NCBI GenBank assembly: GCA_051294375.1
Contig: CM119271.1
Span: 11,234,341-11,298,340, forward strand
From: Paraspadella gotoi
Taxonomy: Eukaryota > Animalia > Chaetognatha
DNA: 64,000 bases
Reading direction: 5' to 3'
Notes under the pieces: generated by a model
What the model was told of the DNA's origin: nothing
Seen by the model: the letters and a program-made list of their open reading frames with translations, nothing else
Databases searched by the model: none
Part shown: piece after piece, positions 11,444 to 25,556 of the stretch
How positions within the stretch are numbered: position 1 is the stretch's first letter
Layout of the letters: every line of letters starts with the position of its first letter
Translations under genes and position numbers: made by a program

Positions 11444-13010
11444 AATGAGAACTTTGCTTACAGAAAGGTTACCCGGAGCCTTATAGCTTTTATTGATACT
11501 TTACAATTTAAAAAAAATATTCTGTAACATCTACAGCAATTATGTATTTTTAATATTGCTCTTTTTTGACATATGGATTAAGATTGATCCCTGAATCTAG
11601 TGTAATGGAGATGATGCAATAACCATTTGACATGAGATTGAGAAAAGGCAGGGATTTTTAATAGTATTGGTTAAACTCAAAAAGTAATAAAAAAGAACTG
11701 GAAATTAGTATAAATAAAAAGTGTAGATATGAAAAAGATAAAAAAGAAGGAAGCATTTTTTTTTTGCATGGAACTCCTATATTTTTTGTCATACATAAAC
11801 GAGATACAGCTCATTTGAATCACAAGAGGTCGAAATATCTGGAAAAAAAGATTTTTTGTTCTGTTAAACCGTTTTTTCCATTACGAAATTATAATCGTAT
11901 ATTATATTTCTTCTGGTGTATGCGAGGACGCAAAAAAAATAAAGAAATAGCATTTTTCGATGCTTGATTTTTTAGTGTTTAAGTAATCGTTGCAAAAGCT
12001 GACGATATTGTTCTATCTTAATCCCAGTATCTTAAAACTAATTTGTACAATTTTTAATTTCTATTCATGTAGCTCCTTTTCACGACGGGCTATTATTAAA
12101 AGAAAATATTTTTTTTAATGAATTGTAAATAATCTAAACCAAAAAAAAAACTAAATCTAACGATTCCCATAAGAAGTTCTGCAATATGCAAATGAGATTT
12201 AAAATAAACGCACCCTCTATTTTAATCCTCGTTAACTACTTCAACGTCTTATCCGATTTAAGGACGCGAAATGACAGATTGGACCTTCGATCAGTGTCCT
12301 TAATCGGACCTCTTCCGGGGAAAGGACCACCCGAGGGGAGAAAAAAAAACCATCTCTCTTTAATCTCGATTTGGAGATGAAATTTAAAAGAAAAAAAAAT
12401 TCTTTTGAGTCGTGACAAAATTGTTGTCACTTTCTTTTTGTCCTTTCATTACTAGAGTTTGTCCAGCTCCTCAGAGGGATGGGGAAGTGAGAGGGAGATT
12501 GGGGAGGGGAGGAGGAAGAGGAGGAGGGGAAGGGGGAAGGGAGGGGAAAGGAGAGAGGGAAACAGGGAGAGAAGGGAAGGGAAGGGTAGAAGGTATGCAG
12601 CTTAGATGAAGCTTAGTGCCCCTTACCTCTCGTTTTTTCCCCCTCCGATCGATGTTCATTTATTTTTTCTCGTGATTTAAAAATGAATTTTTCCCAAAAC
12701 GCTTTATCCCGCGCTGTTGACTGCAGATGTCTCCACTATTACTACCCCATCTACGCTTTTGATATCTCTTCTTTTCTCATGATTATTTTTTCGGTTTTAT
12801 TATTTGCATTAGTACATTATTTTCTTTGCATTTTCATTTTCTTTTTTTTTTTTATTAAATTTAGCACTAGTGTATCATATATATACACTGTTTTCTACAT
12901 TGCATAATTTTGAAATTCAAGTGACAGGATGTTGTTATATCGGGATTAAGGGCATGATGTCCTTTTTACTGACATTACAAACTGTAAGGATTTTTTTTAT
13001 TTAGAGAAAC

Positions 13011-13054
<44 letters not shown>

Positions 13055-13818
13055 TCTGCTCTTTCCGTTCGACCTCTAAATGAGTAAACCCAGAACGATT
13101 CATCATAACTCTCCATAACTGTTCCCCGTCCGGTCGTCTCGGCCGAGGGGAGGGTCCGGCGGTCCTGCTCTTCCAGCTTTTCCTTTATCTTCCTCCCTTT
13201 CTTCTTCTTTTCTTTCCTTTTTCCTTCCTCCTTTTCTTCTTCTTTGATCCCTTTTTTCTTCTTTCCTTTCCTTCTTCTTTTCTCCCTTTTTTCTTCTTTC
13301 CTCCCTTTCTTCTTCTTTCCTTTCCTTCTTTCTTCCTCCCTTTCATCTTCTTTCTTCCCTTTCTTCTTCTTTCCTTTCCTTCTTTCTTCCTCCCTTTCTT
13401 CTTCTTTCCTCCCTTTCTTCTTCTTTCCTTTTCTTCTTCTTTCGTCCCCTTCTTTTCACTTCCTCCTCTTCTTCTTCTTTGCCTCTTCTTGCTTCCTCCC
13501 CTTCTTCTTCTCTCTCTCTTCCTCTTCCTCTACCTCCCCCTCTTTTGCCGCCATTTTTTTTTCTTTCTTTCCCTTTCTTTTTTTTTCTCGCCTTATTTTT
13601 CTTCTTTCTTTAAACTTCTTCTCTTGGCACATCTCTTTTCTCTCACACTCCCTCTCACTCACTCTCTCACTCTCTCTGTCTCTTTCTCTCCCTCCCTTCC
13701 TTCTTTCTATCTCATTCCTTTTTTTTTAATTTCTCCCTTTTTTTCTCTTCCTCCGCCCAGTCGAATTTTTCCTCAGCTGGACAAATCTAAAATGGGTGTT
13801 CCAGTTTCGTTTACTGGG

Positions 13819-13872
<54 letters not shown>

Positions 13873-15164
13873 ATCCTACAATTTATTTGCTTCCCCAATT
13901 TTTTTTGTCTTCTTCTCCCTCCCTCCCTCCCTCTTCCTTCCCTCCCTCCCTCTCTCCTCTCCTTATCCTCCCTCTCTCTCCCTCCTCTCTCTCCCTCCCT
14001 CTTTATTTCTCATTTGCCCGTTTTTTTCTCTCCGCCCGGTTCCGCCCGGTCCCTTCCTTTTCCGCCCGACAGAAGGAGGAGGCTGGGGTCTAGAAGGGGA
14101 TCGGTTTAGATCCGGAAGGGGAGACTGGGATCTGGAAGAGGGAAAGACTGGGGCATGAAAAGGGCGAGGCTGGGGTCTGGAAGGGAGCGAGTTCCCTTCG
14201 CTTGACTTTGATGGCCTCGAAAAACTGGTTGAAATGTCAAATAGAAAAAAGGGAGTTTGGGGGGAATTGTTTAGGGGGTTTAGAGTGGCATGGATAGGTG
14301 GTGAGGGAACCTTGGGTGGTTAAAATTAAGGGACTCGTTTTGGGTAGATTTACATCATTATTAACGAAGGGAATCTACGTATATAGTGAAATTTCATGAC
14401 GAATATTTAGAATTCCTTTTGAGAAAATATTTTGGAATATATAAATGGATAATGCTAATCTACAAAGAATTGATTTTTTTTTATTTTGTCATTTTTTTTT
14501 TCATTTTAGTAATTTTTAATCATTTTTTGTCTTTTCCCATTTGTCCGTCCGTCTTTTGTCATCCGTACAATGTCAACCTTTGTCATTTTCTCTCTCTCTC
14601 TCTCTCTCTCTCTCTNNNNNNNNNNNNNNNNNNNNNNNNNNNNNNNNNNNNNNNNNNNNNNNNNNNNNNNNNNNNNNNNNNNNNNNNNNNNNNNNNNNNN
14701 NNNNNNNNNNNNNNNNNNNNNNNNNNNNNNNNNNNNNNNNNNNNNNNNNNNNNNNNNNNNNNNNNNNNNNNNNNNNNNNNNNNNNNNNNNNNNNNNNNAA
14801 AAAAAATTGAGTTTGAAGAAATTTTTTTTTCTGTGGGACGGACATTTTGAAAATTGAACGCTACTGGATATACTGGAAATACTAAGAAAAGAAAGGGGAA
14901 AAATGAAAAGTAATGTAATGAAATGAAATGAAATGAAAGAAAAAAACGTAAAGAAAAAAAAAAGAAAAGAAAAGAAGAGAAAAAAAGAGGAGAAAATAAA
15001 AGAAAAGAAAAGAAAAAATGAAATGAAATGAAATAAAATGAAATGAAATGAAATAAAAAACGGAAGAGAAAAAAAAGAAAATACAAAAAAGAAAAGAAAA
15101 GAAGAGAAAAAAAAAGAAGAAAAGAAAAGAAAAGAAAAAACAAGAACCATCTTTTATCCATAAT

Positions 15165-16575
15165 TCCTAACCCAAAACCGTAATATCTAACCCAAATCTC
15201 TAACCCTTATCATTAACCCAATCCCTAACTTTAATCGCTAATCTAATCCCTAATCCAATCTTTAACTTAAACCTAATCATTAACTTAAACCTAATCTTTA
15301 ACTTAAAAAATTAACTTAATTCCAAATTAGGCTCATTAATTTGTTTTGAGTTAAGATACAAGGAATACAAAGGGCTTTCCCTCGAAATTTTCAAAAATTA
15401 TTCTTTACCAGTGAAAAGGTTAAGCTTTTCCAATACGCTCAACAATCACAAAAAGTACTCTAACATTAGTAGTAGTATATGGATCTCACTGTCCAGTATA
15501 TACTACTACATTATTTAATACTTCTGAATAGATTATAAAAAAATCCTCTCTCTTTTTCCAAACTTGTTTTCTCTCTCTCACTCTCTCTCTCTCTCTCTCT
15601 CTCTCTNNNNNNNNNNNNNNNNNNNNNNNNNNNNNNNNNNNNNNNNNNNNNNNNNNNNNNNNNNNNNNNNNNNNNNNNNNNNNNNNNNNNNNNNNNNNNN
15701 NNNNNNNNNNNNNNNNNNNNNNNNNNNNNNNNNNNNNNNNNNNNNNNNNNNNNNNNNNNNNNNNNNNNNNNNNNNNNNNNNNNNNNNNNNNNNNNNNNNN
15801 NNNNNNNNNNNNNNNNNNNNNNNNNNNNNNNNNNNNNNNNNNNNNNNNNNNNNNNNNNNNNNNNNNNNNNNNNNNNNNNNNNNNNNNNNNNNNNNNNNNN
15901 NNNNNNNNNNNNNNNNNNNNNNNNNNNNNNNNNNNNNNNNNNNNNNNNNNNNNNNNNNNNNNNNNNNNNNNNNNNNNNNNNNNNNNNNNNNNNNNNNNNN
16001 NNNNNNNNNNNNNNNNNNNNNNNNNNNNNNNNNNNNNNNNNNNNNNNNNNNNNNNNNNNNNNNNNNNNNNNNNNNNNNNNNNNNNNNNNNNNNNNNNNNN
16101 NNNNNNNNNNNNNNNNNNNNNNNNNNNNNNNNNNNNNNNNNNNNNNNNNNNNNNNNNNNNNNNNNNNNNNNNNNNNNNNNNNNNNNNNNNNNNNTTCTCT
16201 CTCTCTCGTCCTCAGTTCTGAAACGTACTCCTAGATACGCATCAACCCCCGAGGTTCAAATTCGACCCTCTTTGCCAAAATCGCAGATTTTTCTGTCAGA
16301 TTCTGAGCAAAACCTTTTTTCGCCCTTATTTTCTTAAAAAGCCCAATTTCCGTTTAAATTAAGAAATAAATAATTTTAGATTTAAAAATGATGTCAATGG
16401 TGAGGGTAAGGGATTAAGTTATGCATTAAGGATTCGATTGGGTTTGAGGGAGAAAAATTTGGGTTAAGGATTAGTAATAGTATGAAAGATCAAGATTTAA
16501 GTGAATTTAATAGTATGCTGGTTTAGGGTTTGGGAATAAGTATTATAGTAAGCAGTTAGGTCAAGGTTATGAATT
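15165..16575. repeat. Degenerate telomere-like tracts: (CCCTAA)-like ~15165-15320 and (TTAGGG)-like ~16400-16575; similar tracts at ~34410-34515 and ~60330-60460
   Basis: ctaacc/cctaat and ttaggg/ttaagg hexamer variants with loose 6-nt periodicity. Confidence 0.5.
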
Positions 16576-18021
16576 GAGCTAAAGAATTAAGTAAAAGTTT
16601 GTTAAAAAAATTAAATAGAATAAATCCAATTGAGAATCGACATGCTTGTTTCAAATTTTCAATACCCAATTACAGTATAAAAATTAAGTTCTGAAATAAA
16701 AGGGACAGAAATAAAGCGCTTTCAGAAAATAGTGCCCCTTTTTCTCCGTATTAGTACCTGAAACTGAAAAATGAAACGCTTTGGAAAGACAGGGAGACTC
16801 TCATAAATATTTTTCAGTCCGGCTGTCATCGGCGTTCCCGACGCAACAATGCAATATGTTTGAGTGCCTTTGGCGGGCCCTTTCAAAGCTGAACTTGAGG
16901 TTTTTTTTTTTTCGTTAGAAAATATTGAAAGGGTTTTATGTTTCAACTTGAGGGGGGGGGCATTCAAAGCTGCTATGTATTGATGGAGCAGAGAAAGTTT
17001 TAGTTTATTTCAATTTGAGATCGAGTTCTTCAATCTCATTTACATATTGTAGCAATTTACATAATTTTCCATATCATTTTGATACGGTTTTTACAGAAGT
17101 CTTATTTTACTATATAAGCAATACTTTTAATAGGATTTGATTTTTTTTCCATGACCTCATCTTGAGCTGAGCGTACTAGGTATTATTCTGTTTTACTTAT
17201 ATTAAATTACTATCTTCTTTATTTGTTTGTTTTTAAACTAGTTCAGTGGCTGAATGGTTAATTTTTTTACTAAAATGATTTTTAATAACGTTGATTATTG
17301 ATTAAGTAGATTATTAATTATAATTACGTCGATTTTCAGTTAAAACTGTATTGATTTTGTTTTGCTTCGGTTTTGCGATAATCTCGGAAACTTACTGGAA
17401 AAATTATGGCTTTGACCTTCTCGAGCTAGCACTATTTCACCAATTATAAGCCAGTTGTTAGCCGGGAGGGATGCAGACTTAGGAGCGAGAGAGAGAGGAG
17501 AACGAACAGACGAACTTCACCTTTCATGATTTTGACTGAGGAATTGAGAGATTCGGATTAGAAGAAGACTTGCCGTGAGAGTAGAGTTTAGAGAGGAGCA
17601 TGACGGAGGAGAGAGAGATGAGACAGAATTTCGCCTGCGAACGGCGTGATTGAGAGTCTGTTATATTAGCCGTTTCTCTGGGCTTTGAAAATGAGCGCCC
17701 GAAGAGGAAGACGTTGATAAAAGAGAGTAGAGAGTTAGAGATAGAGGATTGTGGCGATTCAAAATGATTGATGTGTTAATAAGATGTGATAGATAGAGAG
17801 ATTTGTATTTATACTGCAGTCTGATTCAATTGATGTAATACTTAACGTAATAATAGGACATTATCACTATATTTAATGTCTAAGGAGCAGACTTGAACTG
17901 ACTGACCAGAACAAAACGTTCGACTCTGTCGACAGCTCTAATGCAGGAAGACTGCTGGAAGGGATTGATGAAGGGACTGAGAGAGTACAGAGAGGACGAG
18001 AGAGCTATACGTATATTGATA

Positions 18022-18100
18022 GCGTAAGAGATTCTTGAACCCTTGACCTACCGTTTAGAGTGTAAACAACGGACACTCTACCAACTGAGTTTAACGCGTC
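18022..18100 (-). pseudogene. tRNA pseudogene or tRNA-derived SINE head
   Basis: Minus strand reads GACGCGTTAAACTCAGTTGGTAGAGTG...GGTCAAGGGTTCAAGAATC, with recognisable A and B boxes but disrupted stems. Confidence 0.55.
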
Positions 18101-19000
18101 TTATGATCACATAAACATTAAATAATGAGAGTATTGATTAAACACAGAACTCACAGGATTATATTTATAAACGATAACATACGCTGTTATACTTATACTT
18201 TCTATACGTATGTATACAGACGAGGTGGAATAATGTGCATAGGTCATTGAACTGTATTTCAGATACTTTATTCTTATGTCTTTTTGTATTTATATATTTT
18301 TTTCTCTTTAAGAAAATCTTACTTTTCTTTATCTCCAGTTAAAACAATAAGGCAATCGAGAAGTAAAGGTTACATTAACTCACCGCGCGCGATCTTTTTA
18401 TCGTATAAGACAAAAAACAAATACAAAAGACGCCGTTTTTTTAAAGGCGGCGCTTTTTCCGCAATCATCAGTGGCGACGATATATCGTCGCGAAAGAGAA
18501 GCGCCGGTTTCCCGGAAGATTCCGCCTTCCGCCTTTTCATCTATTTTTTTATTTTTATAATCCGCCATTTTCTTCAACCTTTTTTTTTACTTTTTCTAAT
18601 TACCCTATTTTCTTAATTCATTCTCTTGCTATGTCCCATTTTCCCTTTGAAGATCTTCTAACTAACTTCTTTTTATCATTTAAACTTTTCTTTTTTTATT
18701 AACTTCCATTCCTTAAAAATAACTATATTGTATTTCTTTTTCTCTTTCTTCATATTTTTACCTAATACATTATACTTTCTTTTTTGCTTTCTTTTCCCTT
18801 TTTTCGCCCTCTTTTTTCTCTTAAATAATTTTCTTTTCTCTACAAATCCCATTTCTCTTTATTTTCTCTCAACCACCTTCTTTTTTTCTCTTTTCCAATT
18901 TCCACACAGCATATTTTCTTCCTCTCCGTAATTCCCTTTTAACTTACCCACCTCGCCTCGAACTCTCTCTTCTCTCTCTCTCTCCTCTCTCTCATCTCTC

Positions 19001-19046
<46 letters not shown>

Positions 19047-20061
19047 TCTCCCTTCCGCTCATAATAGATATGCATGATGTATAGTACCTTTTGCGCGTTC
19101 CTCTTCCTCTCATTACACCTGCGCTAACTAGGTCTTCGCGTTCGCGCGCCCATAAACCACCAGGCGAGTTTCTCCGCCGCGCCGCCCCCCCCCTCCTCCC
19201 CCCCCCAGCCCGCAAATGGGTGGGCCGATTTTTTGAGAGGGCGGTGGGATATCCCCCCCCCCGAGCGACGGGAGGATCCCCGCGGGGACTATGACTCTTA
19301 AGCCATTAAATTAATGGAGAAGAAAACAGGAAAAGCCAGAGAGAGAAGAGGAGAGAGAGCAGACAGAGAGAAGGAGAGGAGAGCGGACTGAAGAGATGAA
19401 GCACGACTAGATGTCCTTCTTTTTACCTGTGTTTTGACTCTGTTTTTGTACTTTTTCAATCATAGATAGTTTTAGATACTTTTGAAATAATACGTACATC
19501 ACAAATTAACAATAGAACTGTAGAATCAAACGGACTAGTTTACGATTGTTGGTTTACAAGTAAATAATTTTAAGAAAGGGATAAGAACGAAAAGAGAAAG
19601 ACTGATGACAATTATTGGGTAAATATATCAATTAAGTAGACAAGTTTTCTTAATTGTTATCTCATACATTATACCACTTCCTTGATAGGGAAGCCAGGTA
19701 CTCTGGGAGTGAATAAAGGAGACTGTGAGAGAGTCTTGATTGAAAGCTCGAGGGGACCTGCTATGTCATTATCTTGTAAGAGTGATACCGTTACCGAGAA
19801 AGCGAGATAGGACATAAAAACGATTCAATCATTAAAAACAAACGAGACGAAGTGACATGAAACGACTCAAACTTCATCTATGAGGACAAAGTTATAATTT
19901 GCTCGACATAATCCCGAGATATTTACATTACGAGCCGAGAGAAAAAAATATCTCTCTCTTCCGGCGGATATTATAGAAAGGGGATATTAATCGGGGAAAA
20001 CAGTACGGGCTACAATGAATTATTCATCGCTCAAGCGCGCACGCATTTTCTTCTCGTCTCG

Positions 20062-20117
<56 letters not shown>

Positions 20118-20755
20118 ACGGGGGTGATGAATACTGTCAAGGGTTAGAGTCTTATATAAGTATATATTTACATGTATATATTCACATTCTCACAGAAAAA
20201 AGTTAAAAATTTCTAATGCACTATTTACTATCGAATCTATAGCTTGAATAATTCCATCAATGTTCCGAAAACTCAAACATTAAACATTTGAAAACTTAAT
20301 GGGAATCTCAATCCTAATCTTAATGCTAATTTTAATTTTAATATTAACATTACAGTTTTTTTTTTAAATCTTAAACCTAATCTGAAATCAACACAGCAAT
20401 TTCACGAACCATAAGCTTAATCCATCGCTCGCCCATGGGAAGGGAAATACATGTTTCTATTCTCGCTGGAAAAAAAAATAGAAAAAAGGAAAAAATAAGT
20501 AAAAAAAAGGAAAAAAACTTAGGCGTAAAAAAAAAAAGGAAAAGTATTTTCCGGTTCGCTAAACATCGAACAGTCGATCGCCGATCAATCCCCGCTTCGA
20601 GATTGTTGTTGTTGTCGTCGTTGTTGTCGTTGTTGTCGACGGCGTTAATTTTTTGAGATTTCTTTCGTTATATTTCTTGTCGTCGTTCGAATGTTGTTCT
20701 TATGATAATGGTAATGATGATAGATAATACCCACTTAATGTGTGTCCTCATCCTC

Positions 20756-21021
20756 GTCTCTGTGGCTAAGCAGACTAAATCATCTCGTCTCTGGGGTCCC
20801 GGGTTCGATTCCCGGGTTCAATTCCCAAGGTTCAATTCCTGGGTTATCGCGGTTCTGAAAAAGGCGTGACGGGATCGGTTTAAACATGCCAACTCGCCCG
20901 TACCCACTGCGCCAGTTGGTGAGAAATCCCTCGCCCTGCCCTGCCCTGCCTTGGCATTCTCAAACTTGCCACATGTGGTTAACCCCAAATGATCTGACGT
21001 CGCACGATTAAAACTTAAAAA
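20756..21021 (+). mobile_element. tRNA-derived SINE-like element with a triplicated B box
   Basis: A-box-like TGGCTAAGCAG (~20763); GGTTCGATTCC, GGTTCAATTCC and GGTTCAATTCC in tandem (~20802-20840); GC-richer body ending in an A-rich tail (gattaaaacttaaaaa). Confidence 0.6.
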
Positions 21022-21067
21022 GTTATGTGAAATCCTTTCTTTTCGTTGCGTTTGAGAAATAGAGCCA

Positions 21068-21104
21068 GTTTGAACTTGTTTCGACTTCGTCTTCGTCAGC
21101 ACAC
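21068..21104 (-). ncRNA. Minimal type I hammerhead ribozyme candidate (copy 1)
   Basis: Minus strand GUGUG-CUGACGA-A-GAC(GAA)GUC-GAAA-C(AA)G-U-U|CAAAC. Catalytic core complete, 3-bp helix II, 2-bp near-palindromic helix III (ACAAGU) and helix I with 4 of 5 pairs. Confidence 0.6.
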
Positions 21105-21398
21105 ATGTCCCGTTAGTAATAATAAAATCGTTGTTGAAACTAATTCACACTGGCTCTATTGATTGAACAGTTAACTTTTTTTTCTGAATAATTTCAGTTT
21201 CGTTTTTCTTATTTTAAGTTTTCCTTCGTCCCTCTGTCGGTCTATCTCTCTGTCTGCTCGACTCTCAGTCCGTCTCTCTATCAGTCCATCTTTTCCACTC
21301 TACCCAAAAAAATAGAGAGAGATTGATCTGACGTCGCACGATTAAAACTTAAAAGTTATGTGAAATCCTTTCTTTTCGTTGCGTTGAGAATAGAGCCA

Positions 21399-21435
21399 GT
21401 TTGAACTTGTTTCGACTTCGTCTTCGTCAGCACAC
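21399..21435 (-). ncRNA. Minimal type I hammerhead ribozyme candidate (copy 2, 331 bp downstream)
   Basis: Identical motif within the direct duplication ~20990-21305 / ~21325-21635. Confidence 0.55.
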
Positions 21436-21633
21436 ATGTCCGCGTTAGTAATAATAAAATGTTGGTTGAAACTAATTCACACTGGCTCTATTGATTGAAC
21501 AGTTAACTTTTTTTTCTGAATAATTTCAGTTTCGTTTTCTCATTTTAAGTTTTCCTTCGTCTCTTGTCGTCTATCTCTCTGTCTGCTCGACTCTCAGTCC
21601 GTCTCTCTATCAGTCCATCTTTTCCACCTACCC

Positions 21634-21673
<40 letters not shown>

Positions 21674-21681
21674 CTCTCTCT

Positions 21682-21724
<43 letters not shown>

Positions 21725-21868
21725 CTCCCTGCCCTACTCGAAACCCCTAAAAAAACCTTACCATCCCCCCTCCTCCCCGTTACCCATTAACCTCACCCTT
21801 TCGGCCCCCTCCACCCCCTCCCTTTACAACCCCACCTAAAAACCCCCGCCCACCCTTAGAACCAACAG

Positions 21869-21991
21869 CTGTGGCACTTCAACCAAATCAACTCACCCAT
21901 GACGGCAGTGTACGACACAGTAAGTCAACTTCCTTCCACTGGCAACAGGGACAAGACGGCGGACGGNNNNNNNNNNNNNNNNNNNNNNNNN

Positions 21992-22081
<90 letters not shown>

Positions 22082-22979
22082 ACTCCTCTCTCATCTCTCT
22101 CTCTCTCTCCTCCCTTCCCCACTCGAAACCCCTAAAAAAACCTTACCATCCCCCCTCCCTCCCCGTTACCCATTAACCTCACCCTTTCGGCCCCCCTCCA
22201 CCCCCTCCTTTACAACCCCACCTAAAAACCTCCGCCCACCCTTAGAACCAACAGCTGTGGCACTTCAACCAAATCAACTCACCCATGACGGCAGTGTACG
22301 ACACAGTAAGTCAACTTCCTTCCACTGGCAACAGGGACAAGACGGCGGACGCTGCATCGCCACCACCCCAACCATCACCATCTCCAGCATCACATCATCA
22401 CTTCGACCACTTCCTCGGCGGCGTCGGCGCGCATCGGCGCCGGAACCGCCGGAGGAACTACGACGACGACGACCGCGACGACGACTTCCACGTCGACGCC
22501 CCTCGGCGTCTCGTGCGTCAACGGAGACGCTCCACCGGCGCCGCCACTTCGATCCGGCGTCGTCGAGACGGACGAAGACGTCGACGCCCACTTCCGGTCT
22601 CCGCGCCGCCGACGAGGGCGCCGCTGGTCAACGGCGGCGTCGTCGTCGGCATGGACGGAATGGCCACGGCCAATCACGTGACCACGGCGCAAATGAAGGA
22701 AACGACGATTACGAAGACGCCGCCGCCGTCGTCGTCGTCACCGCCGCCGCGAGAACAAGCAACAACACAATAACAACAACAGCCTGGACGACCTCCGATG
22801 ACTCCCTTGAGGGGCACACCTCTGTCCCCCAGCAACACTCCGCTCGGCACCTCGCCACTCTCAGCCACTCCGCTACCGGGACGCCCATTTTGGCGCGCCG
22901 AAGATCGCCCACGAGGGGACGCCGTTGGGAACGCCGATGACGACGCCGCTGTCACGCCGAAATTGGGTGAGTTTTGGAG

Positions 22980-23045
<66 letters not shown>

Positions 23046-24034
23046 GGAGTGGGTGGGGTCGTTTCGTTGGATCTCGATTGTAAATTTCCTTATTCCAAAT
23101 AGATATCAACGACCGAAATTAAGTATAGAAAGAATGAATAAAAATATGAATAACCAATATGAGAAAATTATAACTACTATAATTATAACGAACAATTGTT
23201 GTACTTGCCACGGGAATAATCTAAGAAATAAAAACAACGTATAAAAAAAAAAAAACTAAAAAAAGAAAAACGACAGACAAAAAAAATCACAAACAAAAAG
23301 AAATAAATAAAAAAAATAAAGTACCAGCGTTATTTAATAAACAAAATGCAAATGTAATGCAATGCATGCAAGCAAAGCAGGTAATACTTTCTGTAAGAGA
23401 AAAATTGAACGACTGCATCGCCACCACCCCAACCATCACCATCTCCAGCATCACCATCATCACTTCGACCACTTCCTCGGCGGCGTCGGCGGCGGCATCG
23501 GCGCCGGAACCGCCGGAGGAACTACGACGACGACGACCGCGACGACGACTTCCACGTCGACGCCCCTCGGCGTCTTCGGCGTCAACGGAGACGCTCCACC
23601 GGCGCCGCCACTTCGATCCGGCGTCGTCGAGACGGACGAAGACGTCGACGCCCACTTCCGGTCTCCGCCGCCGCCGACGAGGGCGCCGCTGGTCAACGGC
23701 GGCGTCGTCGTCGGCATGGACGGAATGGCCACGCCCAATCACGTGACCACGGCGCAAATGACAGGAAACGACGATTACGAAGACGCCGCCGCCGTCGTCG
23801 TCGTCACCGCCGCCGCGAGAAGCAACAACAACAACAATAACAACAACAGCCTGGATCGACCTCCGATGACTCCCTTGAGGGGCACACCTCTGTCCCCCAG
23901 CAACACTCCGCTCGGCACCTCGCCACTCTCAGCCACTCCGCTACCGGGCACGCCCATTTTGGCGCCGAAGATCGCCCACGAGGGGACGCCGTTGGGAACG
24001 CCGATGACGACGCCGCTGTCCACGCCGAAATTGG
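21869..24034 (+). CDS. One large low-complexity exon (His-, Gly-, Thr-Pro-rich; likely cytoplasmic tail) present as three overlapping assembly copies
   Basis: Joining copy 1 (21869-21966) to the clean copy 3 (~23413-24034) gives (A)[56 protein letters not shown]...NDDYEDAA...[16 protein letters not shown]. Acceptor aacAG and donor G|GTGAGT (24034/24035); phase 1 to 1. Copy 2 (22255-~22966) is frameshifted. Confidence 0.65.
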
Positions 24035-24041
24035 GTGAGTT

Positions 24042-24134
<93 letters not shown>

Positions 24135-25141
24135 GTGGGGTCGTTTCGTTGGATCTCGATTGTAAATTTCCTTATTCCAAATAGATATCAACCGACCGAA
24201 ATTAAGTATAGAAAGAATGAAATAAAAATATGAATAACCAATATGAGAAAATTATAACTACTATAATTATAACGAACAATTGTTGTACTTGCCACGGGAT
24301 AATCTAAGAAATAAAAACAACGTATAAAAAACAAAAACTAAAAAAAGAAAAACGACAGACAAAAAAAAATCACAAACAAAAAGAAATAAATAAAAAAAAT
24401 ACAAGTACTCAGCGTTATTTTAATAAAACAAAATGCAATGTAATGCAATGCAATGCAAGCAAAGCATGGTAATACTTTCTTGTAGAGAAAAATACGAAAT
24501 AAAATTGAAAGTAGCAGAAGAATAATTTTCTAAAACAAAACCGATAACGGATCATTTTCGCGACTGGAAAAAAAAGGTAAAGGAAAACTGGGCCGATGAC
24601 GCGCAGAGACGAAAAGAAAAATGGAAATGATAAGATGAGCGAAATTAGAAAAATATTCAAATTTTTACGATTCGAAGAAAAAGGAAACGAGGAGCGGTCG
24701 TTCCAAGGTGTTGCGCCGCATTAGTTTCCTTTTTACTTTATTATCCCTTGTATTTCCGTGTATATACGACTTTTAATTAGTTTATCAGATTTGTTTAAAA
24801 ACAAAAGGCGGCGCTAGTCGTCGCTTAGATTTGAGATTTTTTTTACTGTTTTAACAAATGAGCAACAAACTATAAGTTATAAGCGTTTTTAATGTAATTG
24901 GGACAAAACGACGGACAGACACACCGACCGATGGACCGACGGACCAACCGACATACCGACCGAAAGGTGACTTATAAAGTTGCTCCGCGAGTACTCGCAG
25001 GGCATCTAAAAAAGTAAATTAACGGGATGTTGGGAGGTTTTTCTGCTACAGGCAAAGGTTTTTTCTGATTATGTGTGTGTGGATAAACATTTAGTGTGAA
25101 AATACGTTTTTGAGAAAAAGGGATGGGTTGGGCTTAGTGAA

Positions 25142-25227
<86 letters not shown>

Positions 25228-25345
25228 GAGAGAGACTTAGAAAATTCAAAACATAAAAAAACGAAAAACACCGATGGAATAAGATGCGATAATAAACTTT
25301 GGTGGAAAGTGTGTTGACGAATTGTTTGAGAAAATAAACTCTCTT

Positions 25346-25377
<32 letters not shown>

Positions 25378-25452
25378 TCTCTCTGTTCCCTCTCTCTTCT
25401 CTGTTCTCCTCGTGTATAGAGTATAATGTTATAGATGTATAGAGAAAATAAA

Positions 25453-25514
<62 letters not shown>

Positions 25515-25519
25515 TCCTT

Positions 25520-25556
<37 letters not shown>

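Noticed and set aside
22306-22334. 29-nt GTAAGT...CAG mini-intron restoring the His-rich frame
   Set aside because: Copy 1 has an extra G (ggacgg at 21961-21966) that restores the frame without splicing, so a 1-nt error in copy 2 is simpler.
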